DNA of 64,000 nt from an uncultured delta proteobacterium (GCA_963737265.1 CAVTRY010000015.1:32001-96000), one strand, 5' to 3'; positions 21,249 through 32,625 are shown, counted from the stretch's first letter. Notes: a model not told the origin generated them from the letters alone. Translations and numbers: made by a program.

Positions 21249-21896
21249 GTGGAAGAAACAAATGCCAACAGCAAGGACGTCGAAAGGATCGCCGTGATAC
21301 CAGAGTTCGTGCGAAAGGGTCTCAGGGGTGCGTTGTCCCTCGTGGCGCGCGAGCACGCCGCACCAGCGTCCAACATCCCGCCTGAGAAGTTGTCCTTGCG
21401 AGACCTTCTTGCCGAGGATTTCGCAACCCACGACGGTCTATTGATGGAACCTGGATTCTGGGCCGTGGCGGTGCATCGCCTGGGCGAACGCGCGACCGGC
21501 GCAGGGCTCGCGTGTGGCCCTCTGGTCATGGCGCACCGGCTCCTGGCCACGGCCGTGGATTGGACCTGGGGTATTTACCTGCCCACAAGCGTCCGTCTCG
21601 GGCGCCGCGTGCGCATCTGGCATCACGGTTCCATTGTCATCAACGCACGCTCCGTCGGCAACGACGTGCATCTCCGCCAGAACACCACCATCGGCCCGGT
21701 GTATTTGCGCGACGCCAATCGCCCGGAGTGCCTGCCCGTGCTTGGCGACGGTGTCGATATTGGCGCCGGAGCCTGCGTACTCGGCGGCGTCTCGGTAGGC
21801 ATCGGGGCGATCGTCGGGGCTAACAGTGTTGTCGTGGACGATGTCCCTGGCGGCGCCACCGCGTTTGGCGTTCCCGCGCGAATTTTGCTCGCATGA
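21249..21896 (+). CDS. Hexapeptide-repeat (LbH) O-acyltransferase, serine-acetyltransferase/WcaB-like
   Basis: LLAEDF..PGFWAVAVHRLG, IWHHG, IGAGACVLG, VGANSVV, GVPAR. Confidence 0.85.
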   Translation: MEETNANSKDVERIAVIPEFVRKGLRGALSLVAREHAAPASNIPPEKLSLRDLLAEDFATHDGLLMEPGFWAVAVHRLGERATGAGLACGPLVMAHRLLATAVDWTWGIYLPTSVRLGRRVRIWHHGSIVINARSVGNDVHLRQNTTIGPVYLRDANRPECLPVLGDGVDIGAGACVLGGVSVGIGAIVGANSVVVDDVPGGATAFGVPARILLA

Positions 21897-22507
21897 CTCG
21901 ACCGCTCCATTACAACCGTCCTGTCGTCCATTTCGCCAGCAATGGCGAAACCGATGGCAATCCGAAGAGTATCGGCATCCTGGCGCTCTTGGCCGAGGAT
22001 TTTCGTACCCACGGCAGCGATCCGTTTTCGCCGGGGTTTTGGGCGCTGGCCGTCCATCGTTTTGGCAACTGGCGCATGGGAGTGCGGCGAAAGCTGCTGC
22101 GGGCGCCCTTGTCCGCGATGTACCGGACCGCCGACAACGGGATCGTCGCATTGTGGGGCATTTCTTTGCCGTACAAAATCCGTGTTGGCCGGCGCCTGCG
22201 CCTAGGGCACCACGGCTGCATCATCATGGGTGCGAGGGAAATCGGCGACGACGTGACGGTTCAGAACAATGTGACCATTGGGCTGTTCAGACGAAACGCG
22301 CAGGAGCTTCCGACCATCGGAAATCGCGTAGAGCTGGGCGCGGGCGCGTGCATCGTGGGCGGGGTTTCCGTCGGCGACGATTGCCATGTGGGTCCCAAGA
22401 CGGTACTGGCACGTTCACTCAAGCCCGGCACGGCTGTGCTGGGGATTCCGACTCGTCAGGTGGACCTGGAAGGACTACGGAAGAAGCGAGGATCGATGGA
22501 AGGCTAG
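21893..22507 (+). CDS. Second LbH O-acyltransferase paralogue
   Basis: LLAEDF..PGFWALAVHRFGNWRM, LGHHG, LGAGACIVG; ATGA-coupled to the first. Confidence 0.85.
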   Translation: MTRPLHYNRPVVHFASNGETDGNPKSIGILALLAEDFRTHGSDPFSPGFWALAVHRFGNWRMGVRRKLLRAPLSAMYRTADNGIVALWGISLPYKIRVGRRLRLGHHGCIIMGAREIGDDVTVQNNVTIGLFRRNAQELPTIGNRVELGAGACIVGGVSVGDDCHVGPKTVLARSLKPGTAVLGIPTRQVDLEGLRKKRGSMEG

Positions 22508-22616
22508 GCTGGACGGCGCCAACCAGGTGGACGAGAACACTGCGAAGCGCGTGGGCAGGCGGAGGGGTGGGTCCCGAAGTCCCTGAAGGGGGCGAGGGCA
22601 CCCTGGTCACCGATGA

Positions 22617-22687
22617 GACCGTTTCGATGAGGCGCATGCGAGTGCAAGTGGCGTGCTAAGGTGGGGCGAGCTTACGTCCCATGATCC
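22617..22687 (+). repeat. Right copy of junction duplication 2 (dead hydrolase 5' end, intergenic DNA, live rhomboid start)
   Basis: 25-bp exact match to 13233-13257; both copies encode MRLIETV on the minus strand. Confidence 0.8.
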
Positions 22688-23442
22688 CGATCGGCGACGA
22701 CAACCCGACCCTGCGTTTCCCTTTGGTGACGGTAGCGATTCTCGTGACCCTGGGTCTCGTGTGGCTGTTCGTGCAAGGGGCCGGCCTCGATCCCATGCGC
22801 CTGTCCGAAACCGTGTGCAACTTCGGGCTGGTGCCGGGAGAAATCACCCAGCGCGCGGCGGTGGGAACCGCGGTGCCGCTCGGCATGGGCCTCTACTGCG
22901 TCGTGGATCGCGATCCCATCAACATCCTGACGCCGCTTCTGTCCATGTTTCTGCACGGAGGCTGGGCGCATTTGCTCGGCAACGGTCTATTTCTTTGGGT
23001 CTTCGGCAACAACGTCGAGGACAGCATGGGCCGTGGTCGCTTTCTCATCTTCTACCTTCTGTGCGGCCTGGCCGCGGCCGGCGCGCAGATTGCCATCGAC
23101 CCGGCCTCGCCCGCGCCTATGGTGGGCGCTTCGGGCGCCATCTCGGGCGTGCTGGGCGCGTACATCATTCTCTATCCCCGGGTGCGCGTGCACGTGTTCG
23201 TCGGATTCTTTCTGTTGTCGCTGCCGGCCTACTTCGTGTTGTTGATGTGGATTGGGCTCCAACTCGTCTCCGGCCTGCCGCAGGTGACGTCGCTAAGCCA
23301 CGCGGCCTCGAGTGGCGTCGCCGTGTGGGCGCACATCGGCGGCTTCTTCGCCGGCGTGATTCTGGTCAAGTTCTTCGAGAACCCCGAGCTGGTCAGCGCG
23401 CGGAGCTCCATCCGGCGGCACAACCACCCGACCCATTGGTGA
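22681..23442 (+). CDS. Rhomboid family intramembrane serine protease
   Basis: MIPIGDDNP, MFLHGGWAHLLGN, GASG catalytic Ser, AHIGG catalytic His. Confidence 0.95.
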   Translation: MIPIGDDNPTLRFPLVTVAILVTLGLVWLFVQGAGLDPMRLSETVCNFGLVPGEITQRAAVGTAVPLGMGLYCVVDRDPINILTPLLSMFLHGGWAHLLGNGLFLWVFGNNVEDSMGRGRFLIFYLLCGLAAAGAQIAIDPASPAPMVGASGAISGVLGAYIILYPRVRVHVFVGFFLLSLPAYFVLLMWIGLQLVSGLPQVTSLSHAASSGVAVWAHIGGFFAGVILVKFFENPELVSARSSIRRHNHPTHW

Positions 23443-25292
23443 CCCTGCCCTTGCGTCTCGCTGTGGGTATCGTTTGCCTAGCCGCCACGCTCGCCTCCGC
23501 GAAGAGCGCGCGGGCGCGCGACGACGAGCACGTTTGCCGCGAGTCCGCCGACACGCGCATCTGGTGGTCACCGCTGGCGCCCGAGGCGGGGGCGAGGCTT
23601 CGCATCTTGGTGGTAAGCGAGGATGTACGGGATGGCGAAATCCAGGTGACCTTGCCGGGACAGATGCCGCGGCGGATCGCGACCTCGAAGCGCGGCGGAC
23701 CGCCTTTCAGCTTCGCAGCCGACTTACTTCCGTCCAAGCCCGGCAACCTGCGCGTCGATCTGGTTCGCAACAACGAATCCGTCGCGTGCCGTCGCATTTC
23801 CATCGCGGTCCATGGCCACGCGACCGCGCCAGCGCGCGGGGAAAGCCCAGGGGCTTGGCACGCCACCCAGGAATGGAGCCGCGCCACCGAGAATTTCTTT
23901 TCGGCGTGGATCGAGCGCATGTTCGATGCGCCGGCCGACGAGTCGCTGGGCTTTCCCTCGCTGGCGCCGGTGTTGCACGATCCCGCGCGCAACTTTCTGT
24001 GGGGCTACCTCGGCTTGCGCGAGGACGATCCCAAGAATCGCGACATTCCGCGCGCGGTGCCCGACTGCGCGGACTTGCCCTATTACCTGCGGGCCTATTT
24101 CGCCTGGAAGATCGGGCTGCCGTTCGCGCTACGCGACTGCGACCGAGGCAAGACCGACCGGCCGCCGAAATGCGGGTCAATCCTGCACAACGAACAGGCC
24201 GAGGATTCCATTCGCGGCCACGGCGCGCTCGAACGATTTCGCGCCTTCTTGCGCGTGCTCGCCAATCGCGTGCACTCGGGCAGCGCGCGTACCGCCCTCG
24301 ACGACGACGAGACGGATTTCTACCCGGTGGCGCTCACACGCACGGCCCTGCGGCCGGGGACCATTTACGCCGATCCCTTCGGTCACGTGCTCATGGTTGC
24401 CGCCTGGATCGACCAATCGCCCATGAGCGGTGGCTTGCTTTTCGCCGTGGACGGCCAGCCCGACAATTCCGTGGGCCGCAAGCGCTTCTGGGAAGGCACC
24501 TTCATGTTCGCCAGCGACACCGCCAGCGCCGGCCCGGGCTTCAAGGCCTTTCGGCCGATTGTTCGCACGCCCAAGGGTGACGCCGCGTTCGCGCCGCTGC
24601 CCAATCAAGCCTTGCGCGCCGACCGCCGCTTTGCTCCCTTTTCCGACGAGCAGGCACACCTCGATCGCGACACCTTTTACGCGCGCATGGCCAAGCTGAT
24701 CAATCCGGCGGGCCTGGACGCGCGTGCGGCCTACGCCGAGACCATGAATGCCCTGGTGGAACAGCTCACCACGCGCGTCGGCTCGGTCGCCAACGGCGAG
24801 CGCTTCATGCGCGAGAAGAACAACCCGGTGGTGCCCATGCCGGTGGGACCGAAAATCTTCGAAACGGTCGGACCGTGGGAAGATTATGCGACGCCTTCGC
24901 GCGACATGCGCCTGCTCATCGCCCTGCGCGTTCTGACCGGCTTGCCGGCGCGCATTTCAGAGCACCCCGACCTGTTTATGCTGGGCGGACGCGCGCCAGC
25001 GGCGGTGCGGGCGGAAATCGAAGGGCTGCACGAGCGGCAGATTCGCGAACGCGGCGTCGACTACCAACGCAGCGACGGCTCGACCTTTCGCCTCACCGTG
25101 GCCGACATCCTCGCCCGCCGGGCCACGCTGGAGATGGCGTACAACCCGAACGACTGCGTCGAGATTCGCTGGGGGGCGAGCGAGGGAAGCGGCGACTTCG
25201 CCACCTGCAAGCGCCATGCGCCCGAAGAGCAGCGAGCCCAAATGCAGGAATTCCGCGCCTGGTTTCACGAGGCCCGCCGGCCGCCACGCTGA
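23439..25292 (+). CDS. Exported protein with a putative papain/NlpC-P60-like Cys-His dyad
   Basis: Signal peptide; DCADLPYYLRAYFAWK and LRPGT...GHVL; GTG start overlaps the rhomboid stop. Confidence 0.6.
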   Translation: MTLPLRLAVGIVCLAATLASAKSARARDDEHVCRESADTRIWWSPLAPEAGARLRILVVSEDVRDGEIQVTLPGQMPRRIATSKRGGPPFSFAADLLPSKPGNLRVDLVRNNESVACRRISIAVHGHATAPARGESPGAWHATQEWSRATENFFSAWIERMFDAPADESLGFPSLAPVLHDPARNFLWGYLGLREDDPKNRDIPRAVPDCADLPYYLRAYFAWKIGLPFALRDCDRGKTDRPPKCGSILHNEQAEDSIRGHGALERFRAFLRVLANRVHSGSARTALDDDETDFYPVALTRTALRPGTIYADPFGHVLMVAAWIDQSPMSGGLLFAVDGQPDNSVGRKRFWEGTFMFASDTASAGPGFKAFRPIVRTPKGDAAFAPLPNQALRADRRFAPFSDEQAHLDRDTFYARMAKLINPAGLDARAAYAETMNALVEQLTTRVGSVANGERFMREKNNPVVPMPVGPKIFETVGPWEDYATPSRDMRLLIALRVLTGLPARISEHPDLFMLGGRAPAAVRAEIEGLHERQIRERGVDYQRSDGSTFRLTVADILARRATLEMAYNPNDCVEIRWGASEGSGDFATCKRHAPEEQRAQMQEFRAWFHEARRPPR

Positions 25293-25387
25293 CTGTGGTT
25301 AGATTCCTACCTGGTGTGAGGAACCGCCTCGTGCGTGATGAAATGTTTTTCTAGTGCTGTCGATGTATGTCCTATGATCGAGGGACC

Positions 25388-25978
25388 ATGGTGAGCACAC
25401 GCGACGATGAGGCGGGATTCACCCTGACCGAGCTCATGGTGGTCGTTGTGATTCTTTCCCTGCTAGCCGCGCTCTCGACGCCGCTGTTCACGAAGGACAA
25501 CAACGCGCGCCGGGGCCGCGACTGGGCCAAGGCGGTGGCGCAAACCCTCCAGCGCGCACGCTTTCAGTCCCTGGGAGACAGGGCGAACATTCACGTCATG
25601 CTCTACCGCACGCGCATCGACATGTACCGCGAGGAACCGGCGCCTGCGGCGACGGGAACCTTCACCCTGCTCAGCACGACCAATGGCCCCACCGCCGCCG
25701 CGACAGCCACCGTGGCAATCTGGGATGCGAAGACAGACGGCACGAGCCCCACGGGCCAGAACGCCGCGCTGACCGGTGCACCTGTCCCGCCCACGACAAC
25801 TCCCGCGGCGAATGAAATCATCTTCACCCCGCTCGGCGGGACGCTCACCAACTCCAATTGGCAGGTGTTCGTTCGCAACGAAATTCTTCCATCGGCCCAT
25901 CCCGATGCATCGTTCAGCGTCACCGTCGGCGGCTTGACGGGCTTCATTTCGTCGCGAAACAAGGTGACCTTGCCTTGA
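25388..25978 (+). CDS. Type IV minor pilin, FimT/FimU-like
   Basis: Prepilin motif AG|FTLTELMVVVVIL. Confidence 0.8.
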   Translation: MVSTRDDEAGFTLTELMVVVVILSLLAALSTPLFTKDNNARRGRDWAKAVAQTLQRARFQSLGDRANIHVMLYRTRIDMYREEPAPAATGTFTLLSTTNGPTAAATATVAIWDAKTDGTSPTGQNAALTGAPVPPTTTPAANEIIFTPLGGTLTNSNWQVFVRNEILPSAHPDASFSVTVGGLTGFISSRNKVTLP

Positions 25979-26439
25979 GGAGTGAAGGCGGCTTTACGCT
26001 GCTCGAGGTCCTGATGGCGATGCTCATCGGTTCCATCGGACTGATGGGCACGATCGCGGTTCAGCAATCGATCACCAACGCCGCGAAGAACGCCAACGAC
26101 GCTGCGGTCGCGCTTCGCTTGGCCACGCAAAAGGCGGACGAGCTTGGCAGCCGCTCCACCGATACCCAAACCACCGACAGCGCGCGTGGGTTGGCGCCGC
26201 TTGCCGGGGGGGCTTGGTCGGCGGCCGAATTCGTCGACGCCCAGGGCGCAACGCTGGCAAGTGTAACGTCGTCCGGCACCAGCGCGACCGCCTTCAGCTA
26301 TCGATGGATCCGCCAGTGGAAGGTCACCAACGACGGCACCGGCATGCCCTATGTCATCTCGGTCATCGTGACGTTCACCAACGACGCTGGCGATCCCAAG
26401 ACCACGCGCCTCGACATCGAGCGAAGGAAATCATGGTAG
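25975..26439 (+). CDS. Type IV minor pilin, PilV-like
   Basis: GG|FTLLEVLMAMLI; TTG start overlaps the previous stop. Confidence 0.8.
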   Translation: MRSEGGFTLLEVLMAMLIGSIGLMGTIAVQQSITNAAKNANDAAVALRLATQKADELGSRSTDTQTTDSARGLAPLAGGAWSAAEFVDAQGATLASVTSSGTSATAFSYRWIRQWKVTNDGTGMPYVISVIVTFTNDAGDPKTTRLDIERRKSW

Positions 26440-27785
26440 GGCGCGCACCACGCCCACGGTCCAGCAGCGCTGGAATGACTTTGGTCGAGATCATGATCAC
26501 CCTGGTCATTTCCTCGATTATCGCCGCGTCGACCTTCCTGTTCTTCGCCGGTCAACAGCGCATCTACGAAACCCAAACCAAGATTCTGAATATCCAGCAG
26601 AACGCGTGGGCCTCCATCGAGGTTTTGTCCCGCTACGTGCGCGCCGCGGGAAGTGGCATGTACGAGTGCGTGCGCCCGGCGGATTACGCGAACCCGACGA
26701 CCGGCGAACGTCTGTCTAGCTCGATTCCGGACGACGGACCGGTGACGAGCGGTGGCGCCGTCATCACGAGCCTTGCGGCTCGGCCGCAGACCGGGATTCG
26801 CGCCTACGACCAGGTCGGAGGCGTCCAGCGCATTCCGCCGTTGTGGATCGTCAACAACTCGACCAGCGACACCATCGCTGGCATGGCGGTGGTCCAGGGC
26901 ACCGATATCCTCACCGTGGCACTCGGAAATAGGACCTCGGGCACCGACACCGACGCAACCCTCGCGGCGGCCGTCGGCCAGACCGATCCGGGTACGATTT
27001 TCAATCTCGTCGGCGCCGGCACCGGCAGCATGTTTCGCGCGAGCGAGTTTGTCCTCTTGCTGGCCACGCCGCTGTGGAGCTACGGCATCGATCCATCGGC
27101 CGACCGGGGTTGTAGCCTGTTTCAGATCACGAGCGACCCCACCGGGGGCACGACCTTGCTGCACGCGTCGGGTTCGCCCCCCGGTGGCAGCCCATGGAAT
27201 CCCGTGGGCAACGTCACGGCGATGCTGCCCGTGGGCGGCTACGTTGCAGCCCAGGCGGGGGTGCGCAATTTCGGTACGCTCACCTGGGTGCGGTTCTTCA
27301 TCCGTTACGATCCCGGGACCCTCCCGGGCAGCGCGGGTTCGCCCCCGATTCCGCAGCTCATGATGCAACGGCTGGACCTCAGCCCTTCAAACACACCCCA
27401 AGTCCTCGCGGATGGAATCGAAGACCTGCAAATTGCCTTCGCCTGCGATGTCGGCACCGCCCTCGGGCCAGATCTGACCCAATTGGATGGTACCTTCAGC
27501 GAAGGCAGCGACGACATCTCTCGTCGCCGCGACGAATGGTGGAACAATGTCCCGGGCGACAACCCGCCCGCGCTCGGGGCCGCCGGCTTTTGCAACCTAC
27601 CCACGGCTGTTCGCTTGACCCTGGTCGCCCGATCGCTGACCCCGGATGACCTGATCGACCCGACCGCGACCAACAACGGGCCGTCCGACATCGAAGACCA
27701 TCGCTATTCACCTCGCCCGGTCGATCAGTTCCGCCGCCGGGTCCTCTCCACCACGGTCTACCCGCGCAACAACAAGCCCTGGTAG
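26433..27785 (+). CDS. Type IV minor pilin, PilW-like
   Basis: AG|MTLVEIMITL; LADGIEDLQIAF, VRLTLVARS and C-terminal PRN. Confidence 0.85.
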   Translation: MVGRAPRPRSSSAGMTLVEIMITLVISSIIAASTFLFFAGQQRIYETQTKILNIQQNAWASIEVLSRYVRAAGSGMYECVRPADYANPTTGERLSSSIPDDGPVTSGGAVITSLAARPQTGIRAYDQVGGVQRIPPLWIVNNSTSDTIAGMAVVQGTDILTVALGNRTSGTDTDATLAAAVGQTDPGTIFNLVGAGTGSMFRASEFVLLLATPLWSYGIDPSADRGCSLFQITSDPTGGTTLLHASGSPPGGSPWNPVGNVTAMLPVGGYVAAQAGVRNFGTLTWVRFFIRYDPGTLPGSAGSPPIPQLMMQRLDLSPSNTPQVLADGIEDLQIAFACDVGTALGPDLTQLDGTFSEGSDDISRRRDEWWNNVPGDNPPALGAAGFCNLPTAVRLTLVARSLTPDDLIDPTATNNGPSDIEDHRYSPRPVDQFRRRVLSTTVYPRNNKPW

Positions 27786-27815
27786 TTGTCTTCTCTCGCC
27801 CCCTGACGCAACAAA

Positions 27816-27858
27816 CCCACCGCCATCGGGCCTTGCGGCCGAACGGCGGTGGGCTTCT
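27816..27858. terminator. Hairpin terminator between convergent pilW-like and groEL
   Basis: CCCACCGCC...GGCGGTGGG stem flanked by ACAAA and CTTCTT. Confidence 0.65.
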
Positions 27859-27895
27859 TGCGCCGGATCGACGGTCGTCCTTCGATCCGTCTTCT

Positions 27896-29576
<1,681 letters not shown>

Positions 29577-29604
29577 TTACGTTCTCGTTCTAGATTTCCA
29601 GGTT

Positions 29605-29895
29605 TTACTTTTCGATCACGCCCAGCACTTCTTCCTCGCGCAGGATGATGTGCTCGGTGCCGTCGATCTTGATCTCGGATCCGCTGTATTTTCCGAACAG
29701 CACGCGGTCGCCCTTCTTCACTTCCAGGGGGCGAATCTCGCCCTTGTCGTTGGGCTTGCCACCGCCCACGGCGATGACCTCGCCTTCGGCCGGCTTTTCC
29801 TTGGCGGTGTCGGGAATGATGATGCCGCCCTTCGTCTTCTCTTCCTCGGCGACGCGGCGAACTAGAATGCGATCATGTAGCGGGCGAACTTTCAT
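29605..29895 (-). CDS. groS: Co-chaperonin GroES
   Basis: [33 protein letters not shown]. Confidence 0.98.
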   Translation of the reverse strand: MKVRPLHDRILVRRVAEEEKTKGGIIIPDTAKEKPAEGEVIAVGGGKPNDKGEIRPLEVKKGDRVLFGKYSGSEIKIDGTEHIILREEEVLGVIEK

Positions 29896-29922
29896 CGAAT
29901 CTGCCTCCGTTTGGGGTCGTGG

Positions 29923-29949
29923 CTAGCAGTCCCTTATTGTGACTGCCAA
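29923..29949 (-). promoter_or_regulatory. CIRCE operator (HrcA binding)
   Basis: Minus strand TTGGCAGTC-N9-GACTGCTAG versus consensus TTAGCACTC-N9-GAGTGCTAA, just upstream of groES. Confidence 0.85.
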
Positions 29950-29961
29950 TGGTAGGTCGCC

Positions 29962-29989
29962 AATCTATGCACCAAAACCGGCAAGTCAA
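29962..29989 (-). promoter_or_regulatory. Sigma70-type promoter of groES-groEL
   Basis: Minus strand TTGACT-16 nt-TAGATT immediately upstream of CIRCE. Confidence 0.65.
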
Positions 29990-30007
29990 CCCGCCGGCCG
30001 TCGAATT

Positions 30008-30856
30008 TCACCCCAGACGCAAGTTGTCGATGAGTCTTGTTGCGCCAACGAAAGCCGCTACCAGCATGACCGCCGGGCGGTCCAGGCGTTCGACCGGGAG
30101 AAGCGAATCGAGGTCGCAAACCTCGATATAGTCGACGCGATCCACGCCAGTTCTTATCTTGGCAAGCGCCGCCTCGACCAGCGCACCGGCCCGCCGCTCG
30201 CCCGCGGCGAAGCGTTCGCTGGCCGCCGCCAGCCCTTGATGGATAGCGAGCGCACGCGCACGGTCCACTGGTGACAGATAAACATTGCGCGACGACATGG
30301 CCAGGCCGTCCGCCTCGCGTACGATGGGGTGGCCGATGATTTCGACAGGCAAATTCAGGTCCGCGACCATGCGCCGGATGACCGCGAGCTGCTGAAAGTC
30401 CTTCTCGCCGAAGATGGCGATGTGGGGCCGCACGATGTTGAAGAGCTTGCACACCACCGTGGCCACACCGGTGAAATGTCCCGGCCGCCGCTCGCCGCAC
30501 AGCCCTTGCGACACCTCGCGCACGTCGATGAAGGTTTGGGCGCCGGGCAAGTACATGTCATCCGCAGCGGGCACGAAGGCCACGTCGGTACTCGCGGCCG
30601 TCGCCTTCGCCAAATCGCCCTCAAGGTCGCGCGGGTAGCGGGCCAGATCCTCCTTCGGTCCGAATTGCGTGGGATTGACAAAAATGGAAAGCACGACGCG
30701 CTCTCCTCGCTTGCGCGCGTCGGAAAGCAGCGCAACGTGCCCCGCGTGCAAGGCGCCCATGGTGGGGACGAAGGCGATACGCTCGCCGCGCGCTCGCGCC
30801 GCCTCGGACCAGGCGCTCATCGCGGCCGGCGTGGTGATGACTTGAATGTTGGACAT
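30008..30856 (-). CDS. panC: Pantoate--beta-alanine ligase
   Basis: VPTMGALHAGH, SIFVNPTQF, RPGHF, FGEKDFQQ, GLAMSSRN, RLIDN. Confidence 0.97.
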   Translation of the reverse strand: MSNIQVITTPAAMSAWSEAARARGERIAFVPTMGALHAGHVALLSDARKRGERVVLSIFVNPTQFGPKEDLARYPRDLEGDLAKATAASTDVAFVPAADDMYLPGAQTFIDVREVSQGLCGERRPGHFTGVATVVCKLFNIVRPHIAIFGEKDFQQLAVIRRMVADLNLPVEIIGHPIVREADGLAMSSRNVYLSPVDRARALAIHQGLAAASERFAAGERRAGALVEAALAKIRTGVDRVDYIEVCDLDSLLPVERLDRPAVMLVAAFVGATRLIDNLRLG

Positions 30857-31046
30857 CGCGACGGTTTTGCCACGATTTGAGTCCGCTGACGACGGTCGGC
30901 GTCGGGCCGATCGCCTGGGCGAAAGACAGGGCTGGGCCGGTACCGGCGGCATTCACGCCGGCGCCAGTCAGGATGGTCCGCAAAATTCAGCGAAACAGAA
31001 GCTCATGAAGCTGGCATAATTTGTTGTACCCTACGGGGTTGCCGCC

Positions 31047-32156
31047 GTGAGTGAAAAGAGAGATTACTACGAAGTCCTGGGCGTAAGCCGCGATGCCGAC
31101 TCAGCCGAGCTCAAGCGCGCCTATCGCAAGCTCGCCCTTGATCTGCATCCAGATCGCAATCCCGGCGATAGCGAGGCGGAGGCGCGTTTCAAGGAAGCGT
31201 CGGAGGCCTATCAGGTTCTCTCCGATGCCGAAAAGCGCGGCCTTTACGACAGGTTCGGCCACGACGGCCCGCGCGGTGGTTTCGGCGGGGGCGGCTTCTC
31301 GAACGTGGGCGATATCTTCTCGGCGTTCGGCGACATCTTCGGCGACATGTTCGGCGGCTTCGCTGGCGCTTCGGCACGAGCCTCCGCGCGTGGTGCCGAC
31401 ATCGAAACCCACGTCGAGCTGAGCCTAGCCGAGGTCGCCGCCGGCGCGAGCAAAGAGGTTGGCGTCCGTCGGCGCGTGGCGTGCAAGGGTTGCGGGGGCT
31501 CGGGTGCGGCCGCGGGAACCGGGCGCGAAAGGTGCCAGCAGTGCGGAGGGCGCGGGCAAGTCATGCACCAGCAGGGCTTCCTCATGATTCAGACGACCTG
31601 TCCCATCTGCCGCGGTGAAGGCTCCATTGTGCGCAAGCCGTGTCAGACGTGCAAAGGCGGTGGGCTGACGGTGGCCGAGGAGCGGCTGCAGGTCAACATT
31701 CCCGCCGGCGTCGAAGACGGTTCGACCTTGCGGATGACCGGTCGTGGCGAGGCAGCGCCAGGCAACGGCCAGCCTGGCAACCTCTACGTCACTTTGCACG
31801 TGGCGAACGATCCGCGTTTCGAACGCGATGGCGCGGATTTGCACACGCAGGTTTTGCTTTCCTTCCCACAAGCGGCGCTGGGCGCGACACTCAAAGCACC
31901 GTCGCTCGACGGTGAGATCGACCTGGCCGTGCCCGCGGGCACGCAACCCGGCGACGCCCTGAGCCTGCGCGGCAAGGGGCTACCGCGCCTGCAAGGCCGC
32001 GGCTCCGGGGATCTCGTTGTTCATCTCAAGCTGGTGGTTCCCAAATCCCTGTCGGCCGAACAGGAACAGGCGCTGCGTGTCTTTGCCAGCGCGGGCGGCG
32101 ACCAGATCGAGCCGCCCGGCGAGCGCAGCAGCTTCTGGCGCAAGAAGCGCAAGTAA
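31047..32156 (+). CDS. dnaJ: Chaperone DnaJ
   Basis: J domain with HPD, G/F region, four CxxCxGxG repeats. Confidence 0.97.
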   Translation: MSEKRDYYEVLGVSRDADSAELKRAYRKLALDLHPDRNPGDSEAEARFKEASEAYQVLSDAEKRGLYDRFGHDGPRGGFGGGGFSNVGDIFSAFGDIFGDMFGGFAGASARASARGADIETHVELSLAEVAAGASKEVGVRRRVACKGCGGSGAAAGTGRERCQQCGGRGQVMHQQGFLMIQTTCPICRGEGSIVRKPCQTCKGGGLTVAEERLQVNIPAGVEDGSTLRMTGRGEAAPGNGQPGNLYVTLHVANDPRFERDGADLHTQVLLSFPQAALGATLKAPSLDGEIDLAVPAGTQPGDALSLRGKGLPRLQGRGSGDLVVHLKLVVPKSLSAEQEQALRVFASAGGDQIEPPGERSSFWRKKRK

Positions 32157-32240
32157 ATCGTCGCTATTTCTTCTTTGCGTTATTCGTTGGCGTAGCGCTC
32201 GTGGCGGGGCTCGTCGGCTTTTTCCCGTCGGGCTTCGTGA
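31705..32240 (+). repeat. Left copy of junction duplication 3 (dnaJ 3' part plus dead 3' end of the convergent slt gene)
   Basis: 31705-31794 matches 42574-42663 and 32084-32240 matches 42667-42823. Confidence 0.9.
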
Positions 32241-32310
32241 ATCAGCCCGCGCGATCCGCGCACGAGCTGGATATGGACTTTAGGTGCCGCATGGCCTTTA
32301 ACGCCGCCCG

Positions 32311-32625
32311 ATGGCAACCCCCTCGGCTCAAGCGACCCTGCTGTCGCGGGAAACGGTTTCGCGGGTGTCGGGCGAGAAGGTGCGGGCCATTCGCTGGGGC
32401 TTTCCCGATTCGCGCGGAATGCTGTCGCCTCTCTCGGGCCAGCGCGTGCTGTTTGGTCGTGGTGACGATTGCCACGTGAACCTGCCCGGCAAGGAGATTT
32501 CGCGCCACCACGCCGAGATCCGCCGGGCTGCTCGCCGTCAACACGCCGTGGCCGACGTCCACCCGTCGACCTGGACGTCCACCTGGACCATGGAAAATCG
32601 TCGCAGCGGCCCGGCGCTTGGTTGA
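32311..32625 (+). pseudogene. FHA-domain gene fragment
   Basis: LFGRGDDCHVNLPGKEISRHHAEI (GR...SRxH) then loss of coding sense. Confidence 0.65.
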
